Assembly: GCF_000012925.1 (NCBI RefSeq)
Contig: NC_007517.1
Location: 240,001-272,000 of the forward strand
Length of the DNA: 32,000 bases
From: Geobacter metallireducens GS-15
Lineage (GTDB): Bacteria; Desulfobacterota; Desulfuromonadia; Geobacterales; Geobacteraceae
Direction of reading: 5' to 3'
Positions 1-9,508 of this stretch are shown here, in pieces. Position numbers and translations under genes: made by a program. The notes beneath the pieces are model-generated. The model was given only the letters and a program-made list of their open reading frames with translations, searched no databases and was not told where the DNA came from. Positions within the stretch are counted from its first letter, which is position 1, and each line of letters opens with the position of its first letter.

Positions 1-609
1 GAGAACATGTACGTGCTCACCAAGGCGCCGGAGAAGGCCCCCAACAAGCCCCAGTTCGTGGAGATCGAGTTCAAGAACGGCAACGCCGTGGCCGTTGACG
101 GCGAGAAGATGAGCCCGGCCCAGCTTCTGGCCCACCTGAACTACATCGGCGGCGAGCACGGCATCGGCCGGGTGGACCTGCTGGAGAACCGTTCCGTGGG
201 GATGAAGTCACGGGGCGTGTACGAGACCCCCGGCGGCACCATCCTGCGCGAGGCCCACTCGGCGGTGGAGCAGATCACCATGGACCGCGAAGTCATGAGA
301 ATCCGCGACTCCCTTATCCCCGAGTACGCCCGCCAGGTCTATTCCGGCTACTGGTTCTCCCCGGAGCGGGAAATGCTCCAGACCCTGATTGACGACTCCC
401 AGAAGTGCGTGAACGGCGTGGCCCGGGTGAAGCTCTACAAGGGGCATTGCCGCACCGTAGGCCGCAAGTCCGAGACCAACTCCCTCTTCAACCTGGATTT
501 CGCCACCTTCGAGAAGGATCAGGTATTCAACCAGGCCGACGCCACCGGCTTCATCAAGATCAACTCCCTGCGGCTGCGGATCAGGGCGCTCATGCAGGGG
601 AAAAAGTAG
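1..609 (+). CDS. argG: argininosuccinate synthase, C-terminal part (5' end lies left of the window)
   Basis: Frame 1 is open from base 1. The translation contains typical ArgG C-terminal blocks (GRVDLLENRSVGMKSRGVYETPGGTIL, YSGYWFSPEREML). argH follows on the same strand. Confidence 0.9.
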   Translation, partial: ENMYVLTKAPEKAPNKPQFVEIEFKNGNAVAVDGEKMSPAQLLAHLNYIGGEHGIGRVDLLENRSVGMKSRGVYETPGGTILREAHSAVEQITMDREVMRIRDSLIPEYARQVYSGYWFSPEREMLQTLIDDSQKCVNGVARVKLYKGHCRTVGRKSETNSLFNLDFATFEKDQVFNQADATGFIKINSLRLRIRALMQGKK

Positions 610-648
610 GAAAACGCGCCTTTTCGCAATCTCTGAATCATGACATCA

Positions 649-670
649 GGGACACGGTTCGCCGTGTCCC
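649..670 (+). other. 9-bp perfect stem-loop with TTCG loop directly after argG (possible attenuator or mRNA-stabilising hairpin)
   Basis: GGGACACGG-TTCG-CCGTGTCCC read directly from the sequence. Only a weak T tract follows (TTCGTCTAT), so it is not a clear intrinsic terminator. Confidence 0.4.
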
Positions 671-682
671 TTCGTCTATCCC

Positions 683-1126
683 ATGACCAAGAAGACTTTC
701 AAGAAAGACCACATAGTCACCTCTGTCGTGGCGGTCATCGTGGACGATGACGGGCAGGTGCTCCTCACCAAGCGGAACGTGAGCCCCTTCAAGGGCGAAT
801 GGGTCATGCCGGGGGGGAAGATCGATCTGGGCGAGCCGATTATCAAGGCCCTCCAGCGGGAGGTTATGGAAGAGGTGGGGCTTCAGGTGGAGGTGGAGGA
901 CCTGGTCGACGTTTTCGAGCACGTGACGCCGGGTGAGGACAACTACCACTTCATCATCCTCTACTATCTCTGCCACCCCCTCTACTGTGACATCAACCAC
1001 AATCTGGACGAGGTGGAGGAGGCCCGCTGGGTTCCCCGCGGGGAATTGATAAACTACAAGATGCCCCAGGGGGCCAGATTCATCCTTGGGAAAATTTTCC
1101 CGGAACTCTGCAGCTGCGAGACGTGA
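683..1126 (+). CDS. NUDIX hydrolase
   Basis: The 147-aa ORF carries a complete Nudix box, GKIDLGEPIIKALQREVMEEVGL, fitting GX5EX7REUXEEXGU. Confidence 0.85.
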   Translation: MTKKTFKKDHIVTSVVAVIVDDDGQVLLTKRNVSPFKGEWVMPGGKIDLGEPIIKALQREVMEEVGLQVEVEDLVDVFEHVTPGEDNYHFIILYYLCHPLYCDINHNLDEVEEARWVPRGELINYKMPQGARFILGKIFPELCSCET

Positions 1127-1136
1127 CGAGGTCTCC

Positions 1137-2300
1137 ATGGTCCAGATCATCGACAAAAAGGTGAATCTTGAATATGCGCTGGGGCACCACCTCCACTGCA
1201 TGATCGCCCAGGTGCCGAACCGGATCCGCCGGGCAGAGAAGGGGTTTGCTGTCATGGAGCCCGACCGCCAGTGGGAAGCGGTCCGGTCGATCCTGGACCT
1301 GGTGGCGGGGGGGGAGGGGAACCTGAAAAAGCTCCACTTCCTCATGCTTCCCGAGACCCATGTCCCCGTTGTCCGCTTCGACGAGATGCTCAGGATCATC
1401 GACGGCACCTTTCGCCCCAATTCGGTGACCATGTTCGGGGTGGAGCACGTGAGCCTCAAGGCCTACCGGGAGATGCTGGAGCGGTTTCGGGAGGACAACG
1501 CCGAGGCCATCGAGCTGGTGGACCGGGACATTGACTCCGGCGACGTGCTGGAAATGCCGGTGAACTGGTGCTGCGTGGCGGTGAAGGAGGCGACGGGGAA
1601 ACTGCGCGTCTTCCTGGAGGCAAAGAGCCATCCCTTCCATGGGGAGGAGTTCCTGGACAAGTTCCACGATCTCTACCGGGGGCGCCACTTTTACCTGTTC
1701 CGGAGCCGCCCCTCATGCTTCAATTTCATGGTCCTGATCTGCCTCGACTATCTCTACCGCGATCTTTACAGCTCCAATATCCGGCAGATCATCGACCACG
1801 CGAACCAGCTCTATTTCTCCACCCGCCAGACCCTGGACACCATTTTCGTGGTCCAGTGCAACCCGAAGCCGGAACACCGGGCCTACCGGGACGTCCTTTC
1901 CGGCTTCTACGGCGAGTACCTGGAGGATACGCCGGGGGTGCGGGAGACGGTGACCGTCTTCGGCAATACCTCTGACGAAACGCGAATCGAGGATGCCCCT
2001 GAAGACCGGGGGTTCGGTTGCTCGTCCGTTGTTATCAACCGGCGGCATCGCCTGGCGCGGGTGCAGCTTTCGGAGTTTTCCACCGACGACTTCGGCGGCG
2101 CGCCGGTCTGCCGGCTCCGGTTCGGCACGGGGACGCGCCTCTACTACTTCAACCTGCCGCTTCACCACGAGCTTGACCCCCGCACCACGCGGGTTCCCCT
2201 CAAGGTGCACACCATCATGCGCCCGTCCCCGGACGGCGGCTGGGTTCGGGTGAGCGGGGACGAGATGGTGGCCGAGTTCGAGATCGGGCAGGAAGGATGA
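1137..2300 (+). CDS. hypothetical protein, divergent carbon-nitrogen hydrolase (nitrilase superfamily)-like with a C-terminal extension
   Basis: The track ORF 1086..2300 overlaps the NUDIX gene. The ATG at 1137 has GAGG 5 nt upstream and lies 10 nt after the NUDIX stop. Motifs occur in nitrilase order and spacing: LHFLMLPE (Glu), EAKSHPFHGEEF (Lys, compare KxHLF..E) and MVLICLDYLY (Cys, compare ICxDxxFPE). Confidence 0.6.
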   Translation: MVQIIDKKVNLEYALGHHLHCMIAQVPNRIRRAEKGFAVMEPDRQWEAVRSILDLVAGGEGNLKKLHFLMLPETHVPVVRFDEMLRIIDGTFRPNSVTMFGVEHVSLKAYREMLERFREDNAEAIELVDRDIDSGDVLEMPVNWCCVAVKEATGKLRVFLEAKSHPFHGEEFLDKFHDLYRGRHFYLFRSRPSCFNFMVLICLDYLYRDLYSSNIRQIIDHANQLYFSTRQTLDTIFVVQCNPKPEHRAYRDVLSGFYGEYLEDTPGVRETVTVFGNTSDETRIEDAPEDRGFGCSSVVINRRHRLARVQLSEFSTDDFGGAPVCRLRFGTGTRLYYFNLPLHHELDPRTTRVPLKVHTIMRPSPDGGWVRVSGDEMVAEFEIGQEG

Positions 2301-2363
2301 GGGAATTAAAAACCTCGTTCCTGAAAATATCAGCAAAAACGCTCTGAATTGAAGGAGATAACC

Positions 2364-3740
2364 ATGACACACGAAAAACTCTGGGGCGGCCGCTTTTCCG
2401 AACCCACCGACAAATTCGTCGAGGAGTTCACCGCTTCCATCGATTTCGACAAGCGGCTCTACCACCAGGATATCCGCGGCTCCATCGCCCACGCCCGCAT
2501 GCTCGGCAAGCAGGGTATTATCCCCATGGAGGATGTGGAGAAGATCACGGCCGGCCTCCAGGAGATTCTGCGCCAGATCCAGGGGGGGCAGTTCAAGTTC
2601 TCGGTGGCCCTGGAAGACATCCACATGAACATCGAGGCCCGTCTCTCCGAGAAAATCGGCGAGGCCGGCAAGCGCCTCCACACCGGCCGTTCCCGCAACG
2701 ACCAGGTGGCCCTCGACATCCGCCTCTATCTGCGGGACGAGATCGTGGAGGTTTCGGCCTACCTCGACCTGCTGGTGGATTCCCTCATTTCCCAGGCCGA
2801 AAAGAACTTGGGGGTCATCATGCCTGGGTATACCCACCTCCAGACCGCCCAGCCGATTCTCTTCTCCCACCACATGATGGCCTATGTGGAGATGTTCAGC
2901 CGGGACAAGGGGCGGATGGAGGACTGCCTGCGGCGTATGAACGTCCTTCCCCTGGGGGCCGGAGCCCTGGCGGGAACCACTTTCCCCATCGACCGGGAGC
3001 ATGTGGCCGAGATTCTGGACTTCCCCGAAGTGACCCGCAATTCCCTCGACTCGGTTTCGGACCGGGACTTCGCCCTGGAGTTTATGGCTGCCTCGTCGAT
3101 ACTGATGATGCACCTCTCCCGCTTCTCCGAGGAGTTGATTCTCTGGTCCACCAGCGAGTTTAAGTTCGTGGACCTTTCCGACTCCTTCTGCACCGGCTCC
3201 TCCATCATGCCCCAGAAGAAGAACCCGGACGTGCCGGAGCTGGTCCGCGGCAAGACCGGCCGGGTCTACGGCAACCTCATGGCGCTCCTCACGGTCATGA
3301 AGGCCCTTCCCCTTGCCTACAACAAGGATATGCAAGAGGACAAGGAGCCCCTCTTCGACACCATCGACACCGTGAAGGGGAGCCTGAAGATATTTGCCGA
3401 CATGGTTGGCGAGATGCGGATCAACACCGGGAATATGCGCGCCGCAGCGGCCAAGGGGTTTTCCACCGCCACTGATGTGGCCGATTACCTTGTCCGCAAG
3501 GGGATGCCGTTCCGCGATGCCCATGAGGTGGTGGGCAAGACCGTGGCTTACTGCCTCTCCAACGGCAAGGACCTGCCGGACCTGACTCTTGGGGAATGGC
3601 AAGGATTCTCCGATAAAATCGGGGAAGATATCTTCGGCTGCATCACCCTCGAGGCATCGGTAAATGCCCGGTCCGCCACCGGCGGTACTGCGTTGGAGCG
3701 GGTGAAGGCCGAGATCGCGCGGGTCAAGGCGGGCAGATAA
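2364..3740 (+). CDS. argH: argininosuccinate lyase
   Basis: The ATG at 2364 is preceded by GAAGGAG; the track start at 2349 is a TTG. The N-terminus is [11 protein letters not shown]. The fumarate-lyase signature [12 protein letters not shown] is present. Confidence 0.95.
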   Translation: MTHEKLWGGRFSEPTDKFVEEFTASIDFDKRLYHQDIRGSIAHARMLGKQGIIPMEDVEKITAGLQEILRQIQGGQFKFSVALEDIHMNIEARLSEKIGEAGKRLHTGRSRNDQVALDIRLYLRDEIVEVSAYLDLLVDSLISQAEKNLGVIMPGYTHLQTAQPILFSHHMMAYVEMFSRDKGRMEDCLRRMNVLPLGAGALAGTTFPIDREHVAEILDFPEVTRNSLDSVSDRDFALEFMAASSILMMHLSRFSEELILWSTSEFKFVDLSDSFCTGSSIMPQKKNPDVPELVRGKTGRVYGNLMALLTVMKALPLAYNKDMQEDKEPLFDTIDTVKGSLKIFADMVGEMRINTGNMRAAAAKGFSTATDVADYLVRKGMPFRDAHEVVGKTVAYCLSNGKDLPDLTLGEWQGFSDKIGEDIFGCITLEASVNARSATGGTALERVKAEIARVKAGR

Positions 3741-3799
3741 TCCCTTGGGATAACCATCAACGAGCGGGCGGGGCATCCCCCGCCCCCACGGACGGACAG

Positions 3800-4552
3800 A
3801 TGATAGCCAGATATCTTGTGATAGTAGGGTTGCTCCTCCTTGCGGCATGCGGCAAGAAGGGGCCGCTGGTTCCCCCCGAAAGCTTCGCGCCGGCGCCGGT
3901 GAGCGCCCTGTCGGTTGAGCAGAAGGAGGATGCGTTCTATGTTTCCTGGCCCGCTCCCTCCAAGGATGAGGCGGGACGCCCGCTGAAGGAGCTGGCCGGC
4001 TTCAGGGTCTTTCGCCGTCCGGTACTTCCCCCCGATCAGGATTGCGAGGAGTGCCCCACGGCCTATACCGTCGTGAAGACCGTGGACCTGGAATATCCGC
4101 AGGATGTGCGATTCTATAACAACCGTTACGTCTTTGCCGACCGCAATCTGACAGACGGCGTGACCTACCAGTACAAGGTGGTTTCCTTCCGCAGGGACGG
4201 CTCCGAGAGCGCCGCCTCCAACCGGGCGCGCCGCGCAAAGGTTACCGCCCCGCCCGCTCCGCACCTCTCTGCGGCTGCCGGACCCACCAGTGTGGTGCTG
4301 CAATGGGAGCCCCCCTCCGGGACCGTCGGCAAACCGGTGGGGGCCTATGTCTATCGCTGCCGCGGCGAAGCTGTTTCCACCCTGGTCCTCCTTACGCCGA
4401 CGCCGGTCGTAGAACGCCAGTATGAAGATCTTCGGCTGGAACGGGGTGTCACCTATGTTTACACGGTGCGGGAGGTCGTTGACATCGACGGCATGCCGGT
4501 TGAAAGCGCTGTTTCCAACGAAGTCAGGGGGATGCTGGCTGAACCGGAGTGA
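3800..4552 (+). CDS. lipoprotein with LptM/YifL-like N-terminal motif and two fibronectin-III-like repeats
   Basis: Signal peptide with lipobox LLAAC, followed by CGKKGPLVPP (compare E. coli LptM CGLKGPLYFPP). Two repeats end in Y.Y.V......G.ES..S patterns. Confidence 0.7.
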   Translation: MIARYLVIVGLLLLAACGKKGPLVPPESFAPAPVSALSVEQKEDAFYVSWPAPSKDEAGRPLKELAGFRVFRRPVLPPDQDCEECPTAYTVVKTVDLEYPQDVRFYNNRYVFADRNLTDGVTYQYKVVSFRRDGSESAASNRARRAKVTAPPAPHLSAAAGPTSVVLQWEPPSGTVGKPVGAYVYRCRGEAVSTLVLLTPTPVVERQYEDLRLERGVTYVYTVREVVDIDGMPVESAVSNEVRGMLAEPE

Positions 4553-4595
4553 AGGGAACGAGAGGAACTGCCATAGCCGGTAAGCTTCTAATCTT

Positions 4596-4626
4596 TTGAC
4601 TTTTTAACGGCTTCCATGGTAAAAAT
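4596..4626 (+). promoter_or_regulatory. candidate sigma70 promoter for dapA
   Basis: TTGACT (4596-4601), a spacer of 18-19 nt depending on register, then TAAAAAT (4620-4626), about 125 nt upstream of the dapA start. Confidence 0.35.
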
Positions 4627-4749
4627 ACCCACTTTTGTTTCGGTGTGGCAATGAAACACCTTTTTATACATTGGGCAAGCTGAGGATTACTGACAGATTT
4701 TTTGCAAAACGGGCTATCACAAAGATCGCCCCCACATAGGAGGTTTCAT

Positions 4750-5622
4750 ATGTTCAAGGGAAGCATCGTCGCCATCGTCACCCCGTTCAATAACGGCCAG
4801 GTGGATTTTGAGAAACTGCGGGAACTGGTCGAATTCCAGATCTCCAACGGTACCGACGCCATCGTCCCCTGCGGCACCACCGGCGAGGCTTCGACCCTGG
4901 ACTACGACGAGCACATGGATGTGGTGAAGACCGTCATCGAGCAGGTCAACAAGCGGGTTCCGGTCATTGCCGGCACCGGCTCCAACTCCACCGCCGAGGC
5001 CATCGAGCTTTCCCAGAAGGCCAAGGAGGTCGGGGCCGACGGCGTGCTGCTCGTCACCCCTTACTACAACAAGCCGACCCAGGAGGGGCTCGTTCGCCAC
5101 TACACCGCCATCGCCGATGCCGTGGCCATACCCCAGATCCTTTACAACGTGCCGGGACGCACCGGCGTCAACATGCTCCCCGAAACCGTGGCCCGGCTGG
5201 CGCCCCACAAAAACATCGTCGCCATCAAGGAGGCCACCGGCTCGCTCCAGCAGGCATCTGAGATTCTGGCGCTTTGCGGCGATAAGATCGACGTTCTCTG
5301 CGGCGACGACTTCATCACCTTTCCCATGATGGCCTGCGGCGCCAAGGGGGTCATCTCGGTGCTGGCCAACATCATGCCCAAGACCGTGGCCGAACTGACA
5401 GATGCCTTTTACGCCGGGGACATGGAGAAGGCCCGTCAGCTCCACCTGCAAACCCTCAAGATCGGCAATGCCATGTTCATCGAGTCGAACCCGATTCCGG
5501 TGAAAACCGCCCTCGGCCTTATGGGCAAGTGCTCCGACGAGGTGCGGCTCCCGCTTTGCCCCATGGGTGCGGCCAACAAAGAGAAGCTTGCGGCCATCAT
5601 GAAAGAGTACGAACTAATCTAA
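4750..5622 (+). CDS. dapA: 4-hydroxy-tetrahydrodipicolinate synthase
   Basis: The ATG at 4750 is preceded by AGGAGG; the track ORF starts at an upstream TTG. Motifs GTTGE, YNVPGRTG and AIKEATGS (Schiff-base Lys) are present. Confidence 0.95.
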   Translation: MFKGSIVAIVTPFNNGQVDFEKLRELVEFQISNGTDAIVPCGTTGEASTLDYDEHMDVVKTVIEQVNKRVPVIAGTGSNSTAEAIELSQKAKEVGADGVLLVTPYYNKPTQEGLVRHYTAIADAVAIPQILYNVPGRTGVNMLPETVARLAPHKNIVAIKEATGSLQQASEILALCGDKIDVLCGDDFITFPMMACGAKGVISVLANIMPKTVAELTDAFYAGDMEKARQLHLQTLKIGNAMFIESNPIPVKTALGLMGKCSDEVRLPLCPMGAANKEKLAAIMKEYELI

Positions 5623-5631
5623 ATTCAAAGT

Positions 5632-5722
5632 CCGCCACAGAGGCACAGAGAAACGGAGAAAGCTGTGTTTGCCAGGCATTGACGCTGAGGTTTTTCTCTG
5701 TGTCTCCGTGTCCCTGTGGCGG
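5632..5722. repeat. imperfect inverted repeat (REP-like element) in the dapA-dapB spacer
   Basis: Left arm CCGCCACAGAGGCACAGAGAAA (5632-5653). Right arm TTTCTCTGTGTCTCCGTGTCCCTGTGGCGG (5693-5722). The ends are complementary (TTTCTCTGTG and CTGTGGCGG), with an insertion in the right arm. Confidence 0.5.
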
Positions 5723-5736
5723 AAGTGAGGTTTTTT

Positions 5737-6537
5737 ATGGTGAAAATCGCTGTCTGCGGCGCCGCCGGGCGCATGGGCCAGAGGATTATCGTTGCTGCCA
5801 AAGAGGCGGGATGCACAGTTTCCGGCGCCCTGGAGCGGCCGGGCCACGAGCTGGTGGGACAGGATGCCGGGCTTATCGCCGGCTGCGGCGCCCTGGGCGT
5901 CGCCATTTCCGATGACCTGAATGCCGTTGTTGATGGGTGCGACGTCCTCATCGACTTCACCACCCCCAAGGTTTCCCTCAAGAACCTGGAGGCCTGCGCC
6001 CTCAAGAAAAAGGCCATCGTCATCGGTTCTACCGGCTTTACCCCCGAGGAGCGCGCCCTGGCCGCCGAACTGGCGAAAGATATCCCCGCGGTGCTGGCCC
6101 CCAACATGAGCGTCGGGGTCAACGTCTGCTTCAAGATCCTGAAGGACGTGGCCAAGACCCTGGGTGACGACTTCGACGTGGAGATCGTGGAGCTGCACCA
6201 CAACAAGAAGAAGGACGCCCCCTCCGGCACCGCCGTCCGCATGGGAGAGGTGGTGGCCGAGGCCCTGGGCCGCGACTACAACAAGGTGGCCAATTACCAC
6301 CGCGAGGGGATCTGCGGCGAGCGGACGAAGGAAGAGATCGGCATGCAGACCGTGCGCGGCGGCGACATTGTCGGCGAACACACCGTCTACTTCATCGGCA
6401 TGGGCGAGCGGATCGAGATCAGCCACCGGGCCATGACCCGTGACATGTTCTCCCGTGGCTCCGTTCGCGCCGCCCAGTGGGTGGTGGGGAAGGCGCCGGG
6501 GCTCTACGACATGCAGGATGTCCTGGGCCTTCGGTAG
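5737..6537 (+). CDS. dapB: 4-hydroxy-tetrahydrodipicolinate reductase
   Basis: The ATG at 5737 is preceded by GTGAGG. N-terminus MVKIAVCGAAGRMGQ. The motif ELHHNKKKDAPSGTA is present. Confidence 0.95.
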   Translation: MVKIAVCGAAGRMGQRIIVAAKEAGCTVSGALERPGHELVGQDAGLIAGCGALGVAISDDLNAVVDGCDVLIDFTTPKVSLKNLEACALKKKAIVIGSTGFTPEERALAAELAKDIPAVLAPNMSVGVNVCFKILKDVAKTLGDDFDVEIVELHHNKKKDAPSGTAVRMGEVVAEALGRDYNKVANYHREGICGERTKEEIGMQTVRGGDIVGEHTVYFIGMGERIEISHRAMTRDMFSRGSVRAAQWVVGKAPGLYDMQDVLGLR

Positions 6538-6679
6538 GAGGAATGCCGCTTTTTGCCAATCTCGGCGTTTTCTGCGTCATCGCGTGTGCGACGTAGCGCT
6601 GCTACGTCTCCGTGCTCTTCCTTGACGCCTTGACCTTGGCGAAAAATCGACATCCCGTAGGTTAAACCGAAAACCTTGA

Positions 6680-7975
<1,296 letters not shown>

Positions 7976-7984
7976 GATGAATCG

Positions 7985-8013
7985 AAAGGGCGCCCGTTGC
8001 GGCGCCCTTTTTA
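7985..8013 (+). terminator. intrinsic terminator after dapL
   Basis: AAAGGGCGCC-CGTTGC-GGCGCCCTTT followed by TTA. Confidence 0.7.
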
Positions 8014-8099
8014 TATTGTGGTCAGGAGCTGGGAAATTTTTCCCGTTGACGCAATGCTTGACTATGTTATTGTAGGACATATGTTCAGGAGGTAGTGTT

Positions 8100-8387
8100 G
8101 TGGGTGCGGTCCTTGTCTTTAGGGACAAGAAGGTCAAGGAGGGGCTGATCATCGAACTGGTGGTCTGGGAGCTTGACGCCCCCTTGAGTGGGTCAAGCCA
8201 TCCTTTCAAGTACCGGCTCTTTTGCGGCAGCCTGGAAACCGGCACATGCCTGGTCAGATATGACAACGAGCGGGGGAAGGGCGACCATCGACACGTTGCG
8301 GATGAGGAGCAGCCGTACCAGTTCACAAGCCTGGAAGTGTTGTTTGCCGATTTCGAAAAAGACGTCAGGGAGGCGATGAAAAAATGA
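8100..8387 (+). CDS. TumE-like (DUF6516-like) putative toxin
   Basis: GTG start 7 nt after AGGAGG. The 95-aa protein contains FKYRLF...RYDNERGKGDHRH, which I recall as the hallmark of DUF6516/TumE-family proteins. It overlaps the next gene by 4 nt (ATGA). Confidence 0.55.
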   Translation: MGAVLVFRDKKVKEGLIIELVVWELDAPLSGSSHPFKYRLFCGSLETGTCLVRYDNERGKGDHRHVADEEQPYQFTSLEVLFADFEKDVREAMKK

Positions 8388-8746
8388 AACGGGATATAAA
8401 GGTTGGAATCAAATCTGACGATGAATTCTTTGCCGAAGCGAGAGAATTCGCCCGCAAGCTGGATACAGGCTGGAGGCCGGAGCAGCCGGTCGAAAGTCTC
8501 TATTTCGAGGATCTGCCGACGCTTCTCAAGTATCTCACTCCGAAGCGGTTCGAGCTGCTCAACACCCTGCACTCCGTGGGGCATGTGAGTATCAACGCCC
8601 TGGCAAAGAAACTTCACCGGCAATACCGCAATGTCTTTGATGATGTGAAGACGCTGGAGCGGCTGGGACTGGTGGAGAAGGACGAGGAGAGCCGGTTCTT
8701 CGTCCCCTGGGACGAGATCGATGCGACCTTCCGCTTGGCGGCGTGA
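8384..8746 (+). CDS. HTH DNA-binding protein, putative cognate antitoxin (HVO_A0114/MarR-like)
   Basis: 120 aa, translationally coupled to the upstream gene. Winged-helix-like segment LTPKRFELLNTLHSVGHVSINALAKKLHRQYRNVFDDVKTLERLGLVEK. Confidence 0.55.
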   Translation: MKRDIKVGIKSDDEFFAEAREFARKLDTGWRPEQPVESLYFEDLPTLLKYLTPKRFELLNTLHSVGHVSINALAKKLHRQYRNVFDDVKTLERLGLVEKDEESRFFVPWDEIDATFRLAA

Positions 8747-8749
8747 GGG

Positions 8750-8777
8750 GAGTTAAACAAGCTGTGCCGGGAATTTC
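8750..8777 (+). repeat. island repeat copy 1 (GAGTTAAACAAGCTGTGCCGGGAATTTC)
   Basis: Starts 4 nt after the stop of the HTH gene. Matches copy 2 at 23 of 28 positions. Confidence 0.7.
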
Positions 8778-8788
8778 AGGAGATTCAT

Positions 8789-9100
8789 ATGGCTACTTCA
8801 GTTGATATTCAAAATATTTCCAATCAGATTCGCAGGGAGTTCGCACCCCGGAAAATTATCCTGTTCGGTTCCCATTCTTGGGGTACGCCGTCGGACGATT
8901 CGGATGTCGATCTTCTGGTAATTGCGGATTTCGAGGGGAAACCGTGGCGTTTTGCCGTTGAGATCAGGGAGCGCATCAGAGCCACTATCCCGCTTGATTT
9001 GATGGTGCGTACACCGGAGCAGCTCCGGGAACGTTTGGCCAAGCACGATATGCTGCTGACCGAAATTGTCGACCGCGGCACGGTGCTGTATGAAGCCTGA
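8789..9100 (+). CDS. nucleotidyltransferase-domain protein (MNT-type antitoxin)
   Basis: Motif GSHSWGTPSDDSDVDLLV (GSx..G..SDxDLLV). AGGAG RBS upstream. Overlaps the HEPN gene by 11 nt. Confidence 0.85.
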   Translation: MATSVDIQNISNQIRREFAPRKIILFGSHSWGTPSDDSDVDLLVIADFEGKPWRFAVEIRERIRATIPLDLMVRTPEQLRERLAKHDMLLTEIVDRGTVLYEA

Positions 9101-9491
9101 GACTGCCGAATTGACGAGCAAGGCTGATGCGGACCTTGCCACGGCGCAACGTGAGGCCTCGGTTGATGACGCGCCGAATTTCGATGAGGTCTGTTTTCAC
9201 GCCCAGCAGTGTGCCGAGAAATATCTGAAGGCCATTATGGTGGAGACGGGCGTGCGCGTACCACGCATCCATGATCTTGAGGCGCTGGTCAATTTGTTGT
9301 TCGGGGAATATCCAGGATTGGAGCGGATTCTGCGCTTCGCCAGAATACTGTCGGCAATGGCGGTTGAGGTCAGGTATCCGGGAATGACGGCTGATGAGGA
9401 TGATGCTACGGAGTCGCTCAAGGCTGCGACGTTGATTCGTGAGGCAGTGCAGGAGATTTTGTGCGGTTCTGGGGATGCTGGAGTTAAATAA
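9090..9491 (+). CDS. HEPN-domain protein (toxin partner of MNT)
   Basis: The ATG at 9090 is preferred over the TTG at 9066. Rx4H motif in RVPRIHDL. This is the typical MNT-HEPN gene order. Confidence 0.8.
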   Translation: MKPETAELTSKADADLATAQREASVDDAPNFDEVCFHAQQCAEKYLKAIMVETGVRVPRIHDLEALVNLLFGEYPGLERILRFARILSAMAVEVRYPGMTADEDDATESLKAATLIREAVQEILCGSGDAGVK

Positions 9492-9508
9492 ACTGTCCCC
9501 GGAATTCC
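9481..9508 (+). repeat. island repeat copy 2 (GAGTTAAATAAACTGTCCCCGGAATTCC)
   Basis: Overlaps the HEPN stop codon (TAA at 9489-9491). Contains the palindrome CGGAATTCCG. Confidence 0.7.

Noticed and set aside
1713-3848. Very long antisense ORFs. These include the 711 aa opposite argH and similar cases: 638..1459, 6734..8623, 16437..17762, 17665..18930, 18521..19855, 23154..24155 and 26513..27364.
   Set aside because: Each lies opposite a gene with clear family motifs. Their translations are Arg/Gly/Pro/Ala/His-rich low-information sequence. They lack RBS-linked starts. Long stop-free antisense frames are expected in GC-rich DNA.
4553-4749. Lysine riboswitch (L-box) upstream of dapA, and likewise upstream of the lysA-like gene at 12277-12480.
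   Set aside because: Both regions were read on the relevant strand. Neither shows the long multi-helix L-box architecture or its conserved junction motifs as I recall them; only short local hairpins are present. A cmsearch with RF00168 would settle it.
8750-9508. Island repeats interpreted as integron attC sites (GTTAAAC and GTTAAAT fit the GTTRRRY core).
   Set aside because: I could not find the complementary RYYYAAC partner or the L'/L'' imperfect inverted-repeat architecture within 60-140 bp of any copy. No integron integrase gene is in the window. I keep this only as an analogy. An attC covariance-model scan would be decisive.
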